Below, piece by piece: positions 10,232 to 22,996 of a stretch of 64,000 nt of DNA (positions are counted from its first letter, which is position 1; the number at the start of each line of letters is the position of its first letter). The stretch lies in the sequence record NZ_CP041047.1; one strand, written 5' to 3'. A program made the position numbers and the translations under genes. The notes under the pieces were generated by a model. That model was given only the letters and a program-made list of their open reading frames with translations. It made no database searches and was not told the DNA's origin. Source of the DNA: a plasmid.

Positions 10232-10660
10232 CTAAGCGCCCTTCGGGAAAACTATGCTCTGGCGCACAGAGACCGTCAATACTCCGTCGTGGGTAGGCAT
10301 GACATAACGGGAGGAGACGGGCGACGCTTTGGTCATATGTACATGAGAAGGTGGCTCGCCCGCTCGGCAGGGTTGTTGTCGATGGGCAGGTGTCCCCCTT
10401 TCGATGTAGCGGATCAGCTTTAACCAGTTGCTCGCAAGGCAATTGATTGCTTGCCCAAGGCACTTTGACGACGTGACCTGGGGAGGGGTTTTGTCCAGCC
10501 TAGCTTTCAGTTGCTCCAGGAAAGCCTGGCTTTGCGACTGGCGCGTCTGGTATCGCTGGGCATCGCCCGCCTCTTCCATGTCGCGCTCGATGCCGTAGAG
10601 CTTGTTGATAAGAGTCAGTGCCATCTCCGCTCGGCCGATCTTGCCCTTGGATTGAGTTTT
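10232..10660 (-). pseudogene. IS66-family transposase fragment
   Basis: The segment ...KCLGQAINCLASNWLKLIRYIERG... matches the conserved IS66 TnpC region, and the remainder of the ORF is unrelated junk. Confidence 0.5.
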
Positions 10661-10915
10661 CTGATGAACTTGCGCCGCGCATGCCCAGCAACCTATACGC
10701 TCGACGCCTTTCTGCCTCCAGGAGGCGCTGCGGCACCTCCTGGGTACGGCTAGCGGTGTAATTGAACAGGATGACCGGAAGATTTGGTGGGCCACCGCGA
10801 TCTCCTCAGTAGCTATAGCCAAACAGGTTGGGTATGAGAAGTTCAAGGGGGGGCGAGCAAAGCCCCCGTTCCAATTGATTCTCTATTCCACACAAATGGC
10901 GATATAAGCCGGCGG

Positions 10916-11040
10916 GTGATGACGACCCTGGAAGCTCTGGCATCGAGAGTGGATGTCTACTCCATCGACGAGGCGTTTCTGGATCTGACCGGAATCGACC
11001 GGGTGGTAAGCTTCGAGCCTTTTGGTCGGCAGGCGATTTG
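10916..11040 (+). pseudogene. Y-family DNA polymerase (UmuC/MucB-like) N-terminal fragment
   Basis: VYSIDEAFLDLTG is the hallmark UmuC/DinB motif (compare [13 protein letters not shown] in the intact copy at 55054). Only about 40 codons are present. Confidence 0.5.
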
Positions 11041-11373
11041 GCTCAAGGTGGAATCACCGGACGGTTACGATACAACGGTCAACGCTTGCGCCTGCTGTCG
11101 ATTGACACCCCGGAAACCTACAAGCCCAGGTGCGACGCCGAGCTGACGAAGGGCCGCGAGGCAACCGCACGCCTCCGCGAACTGGTTGCCAACGCTCAGC
11201 GCATCGAGGTTGTCGATTCCGGCCAAGCCGACAAGTACGACCGCCGCCTTGTTCACCTGCTGATCGACGGGCGGGACGTGGGGCAAACCCTCATGGCCGA
11301 GGGGTTAGCCGTTGAGTGGAGGCCCGGCCCGAATGCGTGGAGGGAACGCCGTCGCCACTGGTGCGGATACTGA
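11038..11373 (+). CDS. nuc: Thermonuclease (staphylococcal-nuclease-like, nuc-like), probably N-terminally truncated
   Basis: SNase-family motifs LSIDTPE ... KYDRRLVHL..DG.DVGQ.L...GLA. Confidence 0.5.
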   Translation: MAQGGITGRLRYNGQRLRLLSIDTPETYKPRCDAELTKGREATARLRELVANAQRIEVVDSGQADKYDRRLVHLLIDGRDVGQTLMAEGLAVEWRPGPNAWRERRRHWCGY

Positions 11374-11795
11374 TCGCTTTTCAGCTTGAGCCAGGAGCGC
11401 CCCGCCGCAGTGATCGGCACTTGTGTCGATCCGAGGAGGCGCAAGAGCCACAAGCCCCTGATAGGACCACGTAACGCGGCCATGCCACTAGAGCACGGCC
11501 GCTTTTTTCTTTTAAAAACAAAAATATAAAAAAATCCTGTTGCTTGAGCCGGTGGTATTGTGGGCAACTGCCGACCTGTTGGCAGGGTGGGGGCAACCGC
11601 TCGCGGTTGTCCCTGGCCTGTCAATGGGGAACCGCGAAGCGGTTAGGCAGGTATCCGGCTTGCCGGATTGTCCATAATTCCACGGGCTGTTTTCCCCAGG
11701 GCTACACGTTTTATATATGTTTTTTTTGTTTTAAAGAGTTTTAGGGAATCAGAAGGCAAAATTTACCTTCATTATCAGTTGCTTATAGAACCCCT

Positions 11796-11981
11796 CGGTG
11801 GGTAATAGACGGTTTCCGGTGGGTAATAGACGGGGTTGGGTGGGTAAACGACGGAACCGGGTGGGTAATAGACGGACTATCCACAGGCTGGATCGCCGGA
11901 TCGATCCCCTCCCGTCTATTACACACCCGCCTTGCGCAAACCCTGACCAGTAGTCGCCTCGCGCTCCGTCTATTACACACC
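11796..11981. repeat. Iteron array: four direct ~21 bp repeats (CGGTGGGTAATAGACGG) plus two inverted copies (CCGTCTATTACACACC), with a DnaA-box-like CTATCCACA and flanking AT-rich DNA
   Basis: Direct repeats begin at 11796, 11817, 11838 and 11858 with 21 bp periodicity. The inverted copies are at 11912-11927 and 11966-11981, and the DnaA-like box is at 11877-11885. AT-rich tracts lie at 11500-11530 and 11700-11790. Confidence 0.6.
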
Positions 11982-11991
11982 GCCGCGCTTA

Positions 11992-12183
11992 GTATTCGCC
12001 TGGGTCCAGTGGGGGGAGAACCCCGGAGCTGCTGACGACTTCCCCGCGTTGCGGACGCTCGACCGTCTCGCCGGGTTTCAGCGGATAGCGCCGCAGCACT
12101 CGCCCGTATTCTTCGCTCGCCCGCTTTGCTTCCACGCGCACGCGGCCAGACTCCGAGTTGACGCAGTTCAGGTAATTTTCTGT
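11992..12183 (-). pseudogene. 3' end of an unknown gene, possibly the plasmid rep gene, truncated by IS26
   Basis: A 64-codon C-terminal ORF (...TENYLNCVNSESGRVRVEAK...LDPGEY*) ends 8 bp from the iterons, and its 5' part is replaced by the IS26 left end at 12184. Confidence 0.25.
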
Positions 12184-12924
12184 GGCACTGTTGCAAATAG
12201 TCGGTGGTGATAAACTTATCATCCCCTTTTGCTGATGGAGCTGCACATGAACCCATTCAAAGGCCGGCATTTTCAGCGTGACATCATTCTGTGGGCCGTA
12301 CGCTGGTACTGCAAATACGGCATCAGTTACCGTGAGCTGCAGGAGATGCTGGCTGAACGCGGAGTGAATGTCGATCACTCCACGATTTACCGCTGGGTTC
12401 AGCGTTATGCGCCTGAAATGGAAAAACGGCTGCGCTGGTACTGGCGTAACCCTTCCGATCTTTGCCCGTGGCACATGGATGAAACCTACGTGAAGGTCAA
12501 TGGCCGCTGGGCGTATCTGTACCGGGCCGTCGACAGCCGGGGCCGCACTGTCGATTTTTATCTCTCCTCCCGTCGTAACAGCAAAGCTGCATACCGGTTT
12601 CTGGGTAAAATCCTCAACAACGTGAAGAAGTGGCAGATCCCGCGATTCATCAACACGGATAAAGCGCCCGCCTATGGTCGCGCGCTTGCTCTGCTCAAAC
12701 GCGAAGGCCGGTGCCCGTCTGACGTTGAACACCGACAGATTAAGTACCGGAACAACGTGATTGAATGCGATCATGGCAAACTGAAACGGATAATCGGCGC
12801 CACGCTGGGATTTAAATCCATGAAGACGGCTTACGCCACCATCAAAGGTATTGAGGTGATGCGTGCACTACGCAAAGGCCAGGCCTCAGCATTTTATTAT
12901 GGTGATCCCCTGGGCGAAATGCGC
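12184..12924 (+). mobile_element. IS26 copy truncated at its 3' end (missing ~79 bp including the right IR), abutting the next IS26
   Basis: The left IR is at 12184. The sequence matches IS26 through ...GGCGAAATGCGC, then the next IS26 left IR begins at 12925, so the tnp ORF reads through (GEMRGTVANSRW). Confidence 0.9.
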
Positions 12925-13744
12925 GGCACTGTTGCAAATAGTCGGTGGTGATAAACTTATCATCCCCTTTTGCTGATGGAGCTGCACATGAACCCATTCA
13001 AAGGCCGGCATTTTCAGCGTGACATCATTCTGTGGGCCGTACGCTGGTACTGCAAATACGGCATCAGTTACCGTGAGCTGCAGGAGATGCTGGCTGAACG
13101 CGGAGTGAATGTCGATCACTCCACGATTTACCGCTGGGTTCAGCGTTATGCGCCTGAAATGGAAAAACGGCTGCGCTGGTACTGGCGTAACCCTTCCGAT
13201 CTTTGCCCGTGGCACATGGATGAAACCTACGTGAAGGTCAATGGCCGCTGGGCGTATCTGTACCGGGCCGTCGACAGCCGGGGCCGCACTGTCGATTTTT
13301 ATCTCTCCTCCCGTCGTAACAGCAAAGCTGCATACCGGTTTCTGGGTAAAATCCTCAACAACGTGAAGAAGTGGCAGATCCCGCGATTCATCAACACGGA
13401 TAAAGCGCCCGCCTATGGTCGCGCGCTTGCTCTGCTCAAACGCGAAGGCCGGTGCCCGTCTGACGTTGAACACCGACAGATTAAGTACCGGAACAACGTG
13501 ATTGAATGCGATCATGGCAAACTGAAACGGATAATCGGCGCCACGCTGGGATTTAAATCCATGAAGACGGCTTACGCCACCATCAAAGGTATTGAGGTGA
13601 TGCGTGCACTACGCAAAGGCCAGGCCTCAGCATTTTATTATGGTGATCCCCTGGGCGAAATGCGCCTGGTAAGCAGAGTTTTTGAAATGTAAGGCCTTTG
13701 AATAAGACAAAACGCTGCCTCATCGCTAACTTTGCAACAGTGCC
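12925..13744 (+). mobile_element. IS26 (complete, 820 bp), in tandem with the truncated copy
   Basis: Both 14 bp IRs are present, and the tnp gene at 12988-13692 is identical to the other copies. Confidence 0.95.
12988..13692 (+). CDS. tnpA: IS26 transposase Tnp26
   Basis: Identical to the other Tnp26 copies. Confidence 0.95.
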   Translation: MNPFKGRHFQRDIILWAVRWYCKYGISYRELQEMLAERGVNVDHSTIYRWVQRYAPEMEKRLRWYWRNPSDLCPWHMDETYVKVNGRWAYLYRAVDSRGRTVDFYLSSRRNSKAAYRFLGKILNNVKKWQIPRFINTDKAPAYGRALALLKREGRCPSDVEHRQIKYRNNVIECDHGKLKRIIGATLGFKSMKTAYATIKGIEVMRALRKGQASAFYYGDPLGEMRLVSRVFEM

Positions 13745-14018
13745 CCTAATCGTGTTCAGCAGAATAGCCGGAGGAAGTTTCCTACTGTCGATAAGAAAGG
13801 ATTGGCACAGGGAGTGTGAATATCGAAACACCATCACAGAATAATGCCAGATAGAAATGCGATAGTAGGGGTGGATATTTAAATAAGGAGCATCCCGACT
13901 TAAAATGAATATGACTGCGTAACCAGGCGCAATAAAAAAAGCGAAAGAATCGCTTTTATTCTGGTTGTTTTTTCGAAGAGTGACCGTTTTCTGAGATGAC
14001 AAGAAATAAGGAAGTCCT

Positions 14019-14519
14019 ATGATCGCTAGCGGAATAGTTCAAAAACTGAATGCGCAAATGAATCAGGAGTTTTATACCTCAAATTTGTATCTTCAGCTCA
14101 GCCAGAGGTGCAGCGAGAATAGCCTTAATGGCACCGCACTATTTTTGCGTCATCAGGCGCAAAATACGGTGACGCAAATGATGCGCATGTACGAATACAT
14201 CAAACAGAGCGGCGCCACGCCGGTGTTACAGGAGCAACACGCCCGGTGCGGTGAATTTTCCACGCTGGAAGATCTGTTTGAGCAGACGGTAAGCGATTAC
14301 CAGAAGCGCATTAATGCGCTGACCTCTTTGACGGAAGACGCCCAGGCAGCAAACGATAAGTCAGCGATTAACTTCCTGAAGCGATACAGAAAAGAGGAAA
14401 TCGTGGACGGGACGCTGTTGCAAATCATTCTGGATGAAGTCCGCAGCGCTAAAAAAGCGGGCATCAACATGCAGCAAACCGACCACTATCTGGTTGGCGT
14501 GATCGATCGCTATCACTAA
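14019..14519 (+). CDS. ftnB: Ferritin-like protein FtnB
   Basis: Strong similarity to E. coli FtnB (KLNAQMNQEFYTSNLYLQLSQRCSENSLNGTALFLRHQAQNTVTQMMRM...). Confidence 0.85.
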   Translation: MIASGIVQKLNAQMNQEFYTSNLYLQLSQRCSENSLNGTALFLRHQAQNTVTQMMRMYEYIKQSGATPVLQEQHARCGEFSTLEDLFEQTVSDYQKRINALTSLTEDAQAANDKSAINFLKRYRKEEIVDGTLLQIILDEVRSAKKAGINMQQTDHYLVGVIDRYH

Positions 14520-14688
14520 ATCAATTTCGCAGTACGAGGAGGTTTTACGCCTCCTCAGAAAATCTGTTTTACATCAGAAACAGAGGTTTATGCCAGTGAA
14601 CATTTGATACCCAACACGTCATAGTGATTTTTTAACTTAGCGTTTTTATATCGTGCCAAAAATGTCTCTGCTTGTGTCTTTATATTAA

Positions 14689-15884
<1,196 letters not shown>

Positions 15885-16093
15885 CTAAGTCACCGGCGGC
15901 TTGCCTGCCACACATTGAACATTACAGACCAATTAGCACTTTGTCACCGGGGAAAGATGTAAAGATTATGTATAAATAGATTGGCTTAGAAGTGACATTT
16001 CAACTTTGGAGAAACAGGTGACATTTTAAACTTGCTTTAACAAAATTTTGGGACTGACCGAAACAAAAAGGCCAGCCCCGGAGGGCTGGCTAT

Positions 16094-16375
16094 TCAGTAC
16101 AGGGCAATGACAGGTTTCTTGATGCCGCAGGCGTGAGCGTAGCGGGTCAGTGTGTCGATGCTGGCTTTGGTGATGTTGTTTTCCAGGCGAGAAATAACCG
16201 GAGGTGTAACCCCCATGCGTTCAGCAACCTGCGCTTTTGTCAGGTTGTCATGCTTGCGCCATTCAGCAAGCAGCTCCCTGAGCTTTTCCTTACGTTCTTC
16301 TTCCTGCCATGCAGCGCGATATTCATCGTCCTGCATCCACTCGTTATGCAGTTCTTTATGGCTTACCAGTTTCAT
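16094..16375 (-). CDS. higA: HigA-family antitoxin (XRE-type HTH)
   Basis: 93 aa HTH protein (TKAQVAERMGVTPPVISRLEN) immediately downstream of and overlapping higB. A hairpin plus T-tract terminator lies at 16060-16093. Confidence 0.85.
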   Translation of the reverse strand: MKLVSHKELHNEWMQDDEYRAAWQEEERKEKLRELLAEWRKHDNLTKAQVAERMGVTPPVISRLENNITKASIDTLTRYAHACGIKKPVIALY

Positions 16376-16685
16376 TAAGTACCTCCGCTAACCGCTTTTT
16401 GGCGAGATCGATTTCTTTCGCTGGCGTTTTCTGTGACTTCTTGATGAAAACACGGAGCATGATGATGGTATTGCCTTTGTGGTATACCCAGATTCCCCTG
16501 GCTATGTCCGTCCCCATCGTGCGGATCTCAAAAAGTCCATCGCCCAGGGGCTTCGTGTCCGGCTCCCGCAGTAATCGGGCGTCATACTCCAGTTTGCCGA
16601 TGAGACGGTCAAACTTCACCCTGATTTTTACGGGTAATGCTGTGGCTTCTTCCCTGGCTTCCGGGTGATAAACAACGCTAAACAT
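16356..16685 (-). CDS. higB: HigB-family (RelE/ParE superfamily) toxin
   Basis: HigB/Gp49-like sequence. A GGAGG Shine-Dalgarno precedes the ATG at 16685, and the ORF-track start at 16697 is 4 codons earlier. Confidence 0.8.
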   Translation of the reverse strand: MFSVVYHPEAREEATALPVKIRVKFDRLIGKLEYDARLLREPDTKPLGDGLFEIRTMGTDIARGIWVYHKGNTIIMLRVFIKKSQKTPAKEIDLAKKRLAEVLNETGKP

Positions 16686-16707
16686 GTGACCTCCCATTTC
16701 TATTAAT

Positions 16708-16760
16708 ATTAACCTATAGGCTAATTTCAGACAAGGTAGAATTAACCTATAAGCTAATTT
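16708..16760. promoter_or_regulatory. Two direct repeats ATTAACCTATA(G/A)GCTAATTT, the likely HigBA operator/promoter
   Basis: The two 20 bp repeats are 13 bp apart and lie immediately upstream of higB on the minus strand. Confidence 0.45.
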
Positions 16761-17311
16761 TGTTGGCAGTTATCGTGGCTACCCGGTCACTACCCTGTTA
16801 GCGTGAGTTTTCGTTCCACTGAGGAACGGGGATTTATGCGCGTTAGCGCATGTAAGGCGGCAGGATGAAATGACAGGTAGCACCGAGGGTTAGCCGCCGA
16901 TACCAGTGAGGGATCGAAAGGGATCGCCTATCCATCCCTTCACCCTGCAAAGCCATATTCCGCTAAAAGCGGCTCAGAGGCTTTTGTGCGCGGTCGGAGT
17001 GGTCACAACAAGGCGAAGCCGCAGTTGGGGCGTATCTCCGCGTTAGCGGGTCGTAAGAGCCGCTTACGAGCGTGTAGGGGTCAGTTTGGATATAGAGAAT
17101 TATTGTACGGTAAGCCTGTTTTTTGAACAGACTTACCTATAGCAATAGGGTGTACTCCCGCGCTATACGGCATTTTCAGAGGTTTGACCTTAATCGGATA
17201 ACCTAAATGCGATACTGCAAGAGCGACAACTTAAAAGCGATAGCCACTGACGCAAAATCAACCACTTACGAACCAAGATTGGTTAAATAATGCGCTTAAC
17301 GTACAAAAATT

Positions 17312-17656
17312 GGCACTGTTGCAAATAGTCGGTGGTGATAAACTTATCATCCCCTTTTACTGATGGAGCTGCACATGAACCCATTCAAAGGCCGGCATTT
17401 TCAGCGTGACATCATTCTGTGGGCCGTACGCTGGTACTGCAAATACGGCATCAGTTACCGTGAGCTGCAGGAGATGCTGGCTGAACGCGGAGTGAATGTC
17501 GATCACTCCACGATTTACCGCTGGGTTCAGCGTTATGCGCCTGAAATGGAAAAACGGCTGCGCTGGTACTGGCGTAACCCTTCCGATCTTTGCCCGTGGC
17601 ACATGGATGAAACCTACGTGAAGGTCAATGGCCGCTGGGCGTATCTGTACCGGGCC
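17312..17656 (+). mobile_element. IS26 5' fragment (345 bp) truncated inside tnp
   Basis: The left IR is at 17312 and Tnp26 residues 1-94 are present. Homology is lost after ...AYLYRA at 17656. Confidence 0.9.
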
Positions 17657-18097
17657 GAGGTGGTAGATGCATAGATTGCAGCGCGTAAATGACGCTCCAC
17701 CATGACCATCATCCGGTGAATGGTGACATCCCGTGAACTCTGTGCCATTCGTTCGGCTCCGGCATTCATTGCATCTGCAAGGATCGCTGCCATAAGCGCT
17801 GCTTCGTCTTCTGCCTGTTCTCCGGTGCGATAATGGGTGAAACAAATTCCCGGCAGCGACAATGTGGCTTCATATGCCACTGGACTGGGGTATTGCCTGT
17901 CGCCATGACACCATTGAAGGCTGGATTCTTAAATTTTCTAATCGAGGGCTGTGCAAAATTAGCTACGTCCGCTTCACGCTGTGAGTTCAATAATTGTGTT
18001 GCGTCCATCAGTTGAAATCACAGCTCAAAGTAGACGCTCATTCTCACTGGAATGCTTTGCTTTCACCTTGCCAGAGGACAAATCCTTTGTCCCGCAA

Positions 18098-19375
18098 CTA
18101 TGGTTTTTTATTAGGATTTTCGCCACTGAATAAATTATAATAAATTGATTTTATAAGATATTCGTCATGGGCTATATGACCAGTACGAGTTGCATGCTCT
18201 AATGTTTCAGATGCCAGTATATGTGCGGCTTCAGCAAACATCCCAGGCCAACCCTTACTCAGCATAGACAGTCCTTTAAGGACTCTTATCTGAATCTCCC
18301 TCATACTCGCACCATCACGTGCAACAGGTAAGAAAAAGTCTTCCAGTAGGTCTTTGATCTGAAGTGGCGCAACATGTACTGAAGGATATATCACTTCAGT
18401 TTCATCTATTTTATTCTGCGCGTAAGCGGAGAGTATTCGAACACCTCTGCCAATGACATCAATCGCAGTACCGGGATCGTTTACTGCGGGCGAAAGGGCC
18501 CTGCAGGCTATTTCGGCCATGACGCTGAGACAGAATCGGGGATCCTGAGCAAATGAACGCACATCCGAGACAATGATCGTTTCAAGTAAATCGGTACAGA
18601 TTGATGACTCCTGACCAGAACTCAGGTACAAAACTGGCATCGATGGATGTATGAAACTGCCTGGCTGCGCCACAAGATATACATGACGAGGATCATTGCT
18701 CAGCAGACTGCCGAGCTTGACCATGTCAATATATTCAACATAGCCAATTTTCTCCGGATATACGGCAACAGTTCCTTTTGGTTGTTCATTGTTCTCAAGC
18801 CATGGATATCCGCCAAGACATGGACTTTTTGCTCTCGCAATAAATGTCTCGATCGCCGCCTGTTCTACTTTTGCTGTTGTCTCACCTACCCTGCCCAGAG
18901 AGGTCAAATGCTGTATCCAGCGAAGCAATGTGCTGATTATTAAGGCAATGACAACCAGTGTTACAATGAATAAAATGACTCTACCCCTTTCTCCGTAGGC
19001 TCCCATATTGAGGGCAATAATCCCTACCAGGCTGAAGAGAAAAGAACCGATAAAAGTGGCCAGTACATTTTGTGTGGTTACGTCTTCTACAACTAAACGC
19101 GTGGCTCTGGGCGTCACATTAGTAGTGGCTGAACCGTAAGCGGTGACCATGATACTCAGTGAAAATGTGGTCACCGCCAGCATACTCGATGCCAGTATGT
19201 TCAGAATATTATCAACTGCTTCCGCACCAACCTTCACTGATACTGACTCTGGGATCATTGATCTAAAAAGAATAGATAAAAGGGCCGTTATTATTGCTAC
19301 CATTGCAAATAACGTTGCCCTGAACCATAGCTTTTTAAGTGTCTGCCTGAGAATCCATTGCCAGCGTGAAATCAT
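18098..19375 (-). CDS. DUF2254-family membrane protein
   Basis: 425 aa with N-terminal transmembrane helices followed by a large soluble domain. The family assignment is from recalled similarity, not a profile search. Confidence 0.55.
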   Translation of the reverse strand: MISRWQWILRQTLKKLWFRATLFAMVAIITALLSILFRSMIPESVSVKVGAEAVDNILNILASSMLAVTTFSLSIMVTAYGSATTNVTPRATRLVVEDVTTQNVLATFIGSFLFSLVGIIALNMGAYGERGRVILFIVTLVVIALIISTLLRWIQHLTSLGRVGETTAKVEQAAIETFIARAKSPCLGGYPWLENNEQPKGTVAVYPEKIGYVEYIDMVKLGSLLSNDPRHVYLVAQPGSFIHPSMPVLYLSSGQESSICTDLLETIIVSDVRSFAQDPRFCLSVMAEIACRALSPAVNDPGTAIDVIGRGVRILSAYAQNKIDETEVIYPSVHVAPLQIKDLLEDFFLPVARDGASMREIQIRVLKGLSMLSKGWPGMFAEAAHILASETLEHATRTGHIAHDEYLIKSIYYNLFSGENPNKKP

Positions 19376-19438
19376 TCAGCATATCCTTGTATTAAGTTCG
19401 GGAAAATAAATGCCGCCCGGCAGGACGGCATTTTTGTA

Positions 19439-21444
19439 TTAACGAACGAGGTGCAGGAAGTGCAGGTGTTTTTCGTACTGGTCCAGTATGTCATTAATCA
19501 GCTGTTCCTGATTCCAGCCCATCACATCATAGTTTTGACCGCCTTCTTTCAGATAGACCTCAGCGCGATAATATCGATGTTGCTCAGCCTGCTGCTCGTC
19601 ATTGTCCATTGCAGCCATGGCGAAAGCCGGTGAGTTATAGCCACGAAGTCTCACTTCATAAATAAAGTTCAGCTCATTGCCCAAATCGACTTCAAGCCGA
19701 ATTCGTTCGTCATCAGTATCACTTATATGGCTTATCGTTCCCTGTTTATTCAGTTCTTCCTGAACCAGCGTCATGGCGGGCTGGATAACGTCGCCCATAA
19801 AGCGTTTCACAAGAGAGCGCTTTGGCAGATAAGCGATATTGCGCAAGCGTCTCTGCCATGGAATCGGGTTACGCGCTGCAGTCGGAGCAATAGTCGCCAT
19901 GCTCAGGCTTTCACGCTTGGTCAAATCCCGACGCAGGGCTTTTAATAATCCGTATATGGATATCAGTAAAATCACTGAGAAAGGTAATGCGCTCGCTATT
20001 GTCACGGTTTGCAGCGCGCTCAGTCCCCCCCGCAATCAGCAGTGCGATTGCCACAATCCCTATGAGCGAGGCCCAGAAAATTCGCTGCCATACAGGCGTG
20101 TTAGCGACGCCACCCGATGCCAGCGTATCAACAACCATTGCCCCCGGAGTCAGCCGAGGTGACAAAGAAGACAATGACCATCGCCATTGCAATAAATGAC
20201 AGCACGGAAGAAAACGGGAAATGCTCCAGGAAATTAAACAGGGCCAGCGCGACATCCTGCTGAACGGTATTGGCGAGATCAGCCGCCCCCTGGTGCATAA
20301 TGAGATAGATTGCGCTGTTACCAAACACCGTCATCCACATGAGCGTGAAGCCGGCGGGAACAAACAGCACGCCGGTGACAAACTCGCGAATGGTTCGACC
20401 GCGCGAGACTCTTGCGATGAACATCCCCACAAACGGCGACCATGAAAGCCACCATCCCCAGTACAGTAATGTCCAGCCCCCCAGCCAGTTGCTCGACTTA
20501 GGTTCATACGCATAAAGGTTAAAAGTTTTACTCACCAGTTCAGAAAGATAACCGCCCGTATTTTCCACAAATGACTTCAGCAGAAGCACGGTTGGTCCCA
20601 GACACAGGACCAGCGCCAGCAGCAGCACTGCCAGGCCCAGGTTGAGCTCAGACAGTATACGTATTCCCTTGTCCAGGCCGGACACCACCGAAATCGTCGC
20701 TAAACCAGTGATGACAACGATTAGAATCACCTGCACCGTTTCATTAATAGGCACCCCGAAAAGATGATTCAAACCAGCATTCACCTGCAAAACACCGTAC
20801 CCCAGCGATGTCGCAACGCCAAAGACGGTGCCAATAACGGCGAAAATATCAACCGCATGGCCTACAGGTCCGTATATGCGCTCGCCAATAATGGGATAAA
20901 GTGCGGAACGCAGCGTTAAAGGCAGACCGTGACGGTAACTGAAAAAGGCCAGGATCAGTGCCACAATGGCATAGATTGCCCATGCGTGCAGGCCCCAGTG
21001 GAAGAACGTCAGGCGCATTGCTTCCTTCGCTGCCGCAACGGTCTCTGGAGTGCCGACAGGAGGTGAAAGATAATGCATCACAGGTTCAGCAACGCCAAAG
21101 AACATCAGGCCGATCCCCATCCCTGCCGAGAAAAGCATCGCAAACCAGGAGTGATAGCTAAAATCAGGCTGCGCATGGTCCGGACCCAGTTTGATATCAC
21201 CGTAGCGTGAGAGTCCCAGGAACGAGACACTCAGTAGAATCAGGGCCACTGCAAGGATGTAGAACCAGCTGGCATTCGTGAAGATTTGTTGCTGAAGTAG
21301 TTTAAAATTTTTGTCGGCGACATCCGGGAATACAGCGGCAAAGGCGACAAGAAGGAAAATTAACAAAGCAGATGTAAAGAATACCGCTTTGTTAATCTGG
21401 CTTTTAGACTTCTTTTGGATTGTATCATTTTCACTCATAATCAT
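19439..21444 (-). pseudogene. betT: BCCT-family choline/betaine transporter (BetT-like), disrupted by two frameshifts
   Basis: Three consecutive ORFs (20128-21444, 19911-20324, 19439-20035) together align along E. coli BetT, including the C-terminal motif ITDILDQYERHL. Confidence 0.75.
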
Positions 21445-21500
21445 TTATTCCATTAATTAAAATCCGCACTGTATAGAGGGTACTACATCTCAAAGATTAG

Positions 21501-22996
<1,496 letters not shown>

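Noticed and set aside
10232-10846. 204 aa ORF as an intact gene.
   Set aside because: Only the segment homologous to the IS66 TnpC core is meaningful. The upstream part is unrelated sequence, consistent with a fragment.
13583-14002. 139 aa minus-strand ORF between IS26 and ftnB.
   Set aside because: It is an AT-rich intergenic region containing a bidirectional terminator hairpin (AAGCGAAAGAATCGCTTTT), and the peptide has low-complexity composition.
16990-17076. Group II intron 5' end, suggested by GTGCGCGG at about 16993 and a GAGCCGC... segment resembling domain V.
   Set aside because: There is no intron-encoded protein. The candidate domain V lacks the 34 nt hairpin with the AGC triad, and the element is far too short.
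16790-17100. Retron msr/msd non-coding RNA. The motif ATGCGCGTTAGCGCAT resembles the a2/branch-G region of Ec86.
   Set aside because: There is no reverse-transcriptase ORF or effector gene anywhere nearby, and the flanks are HigB operators and an IS26 fragment. A retron without an RT is not supportable.
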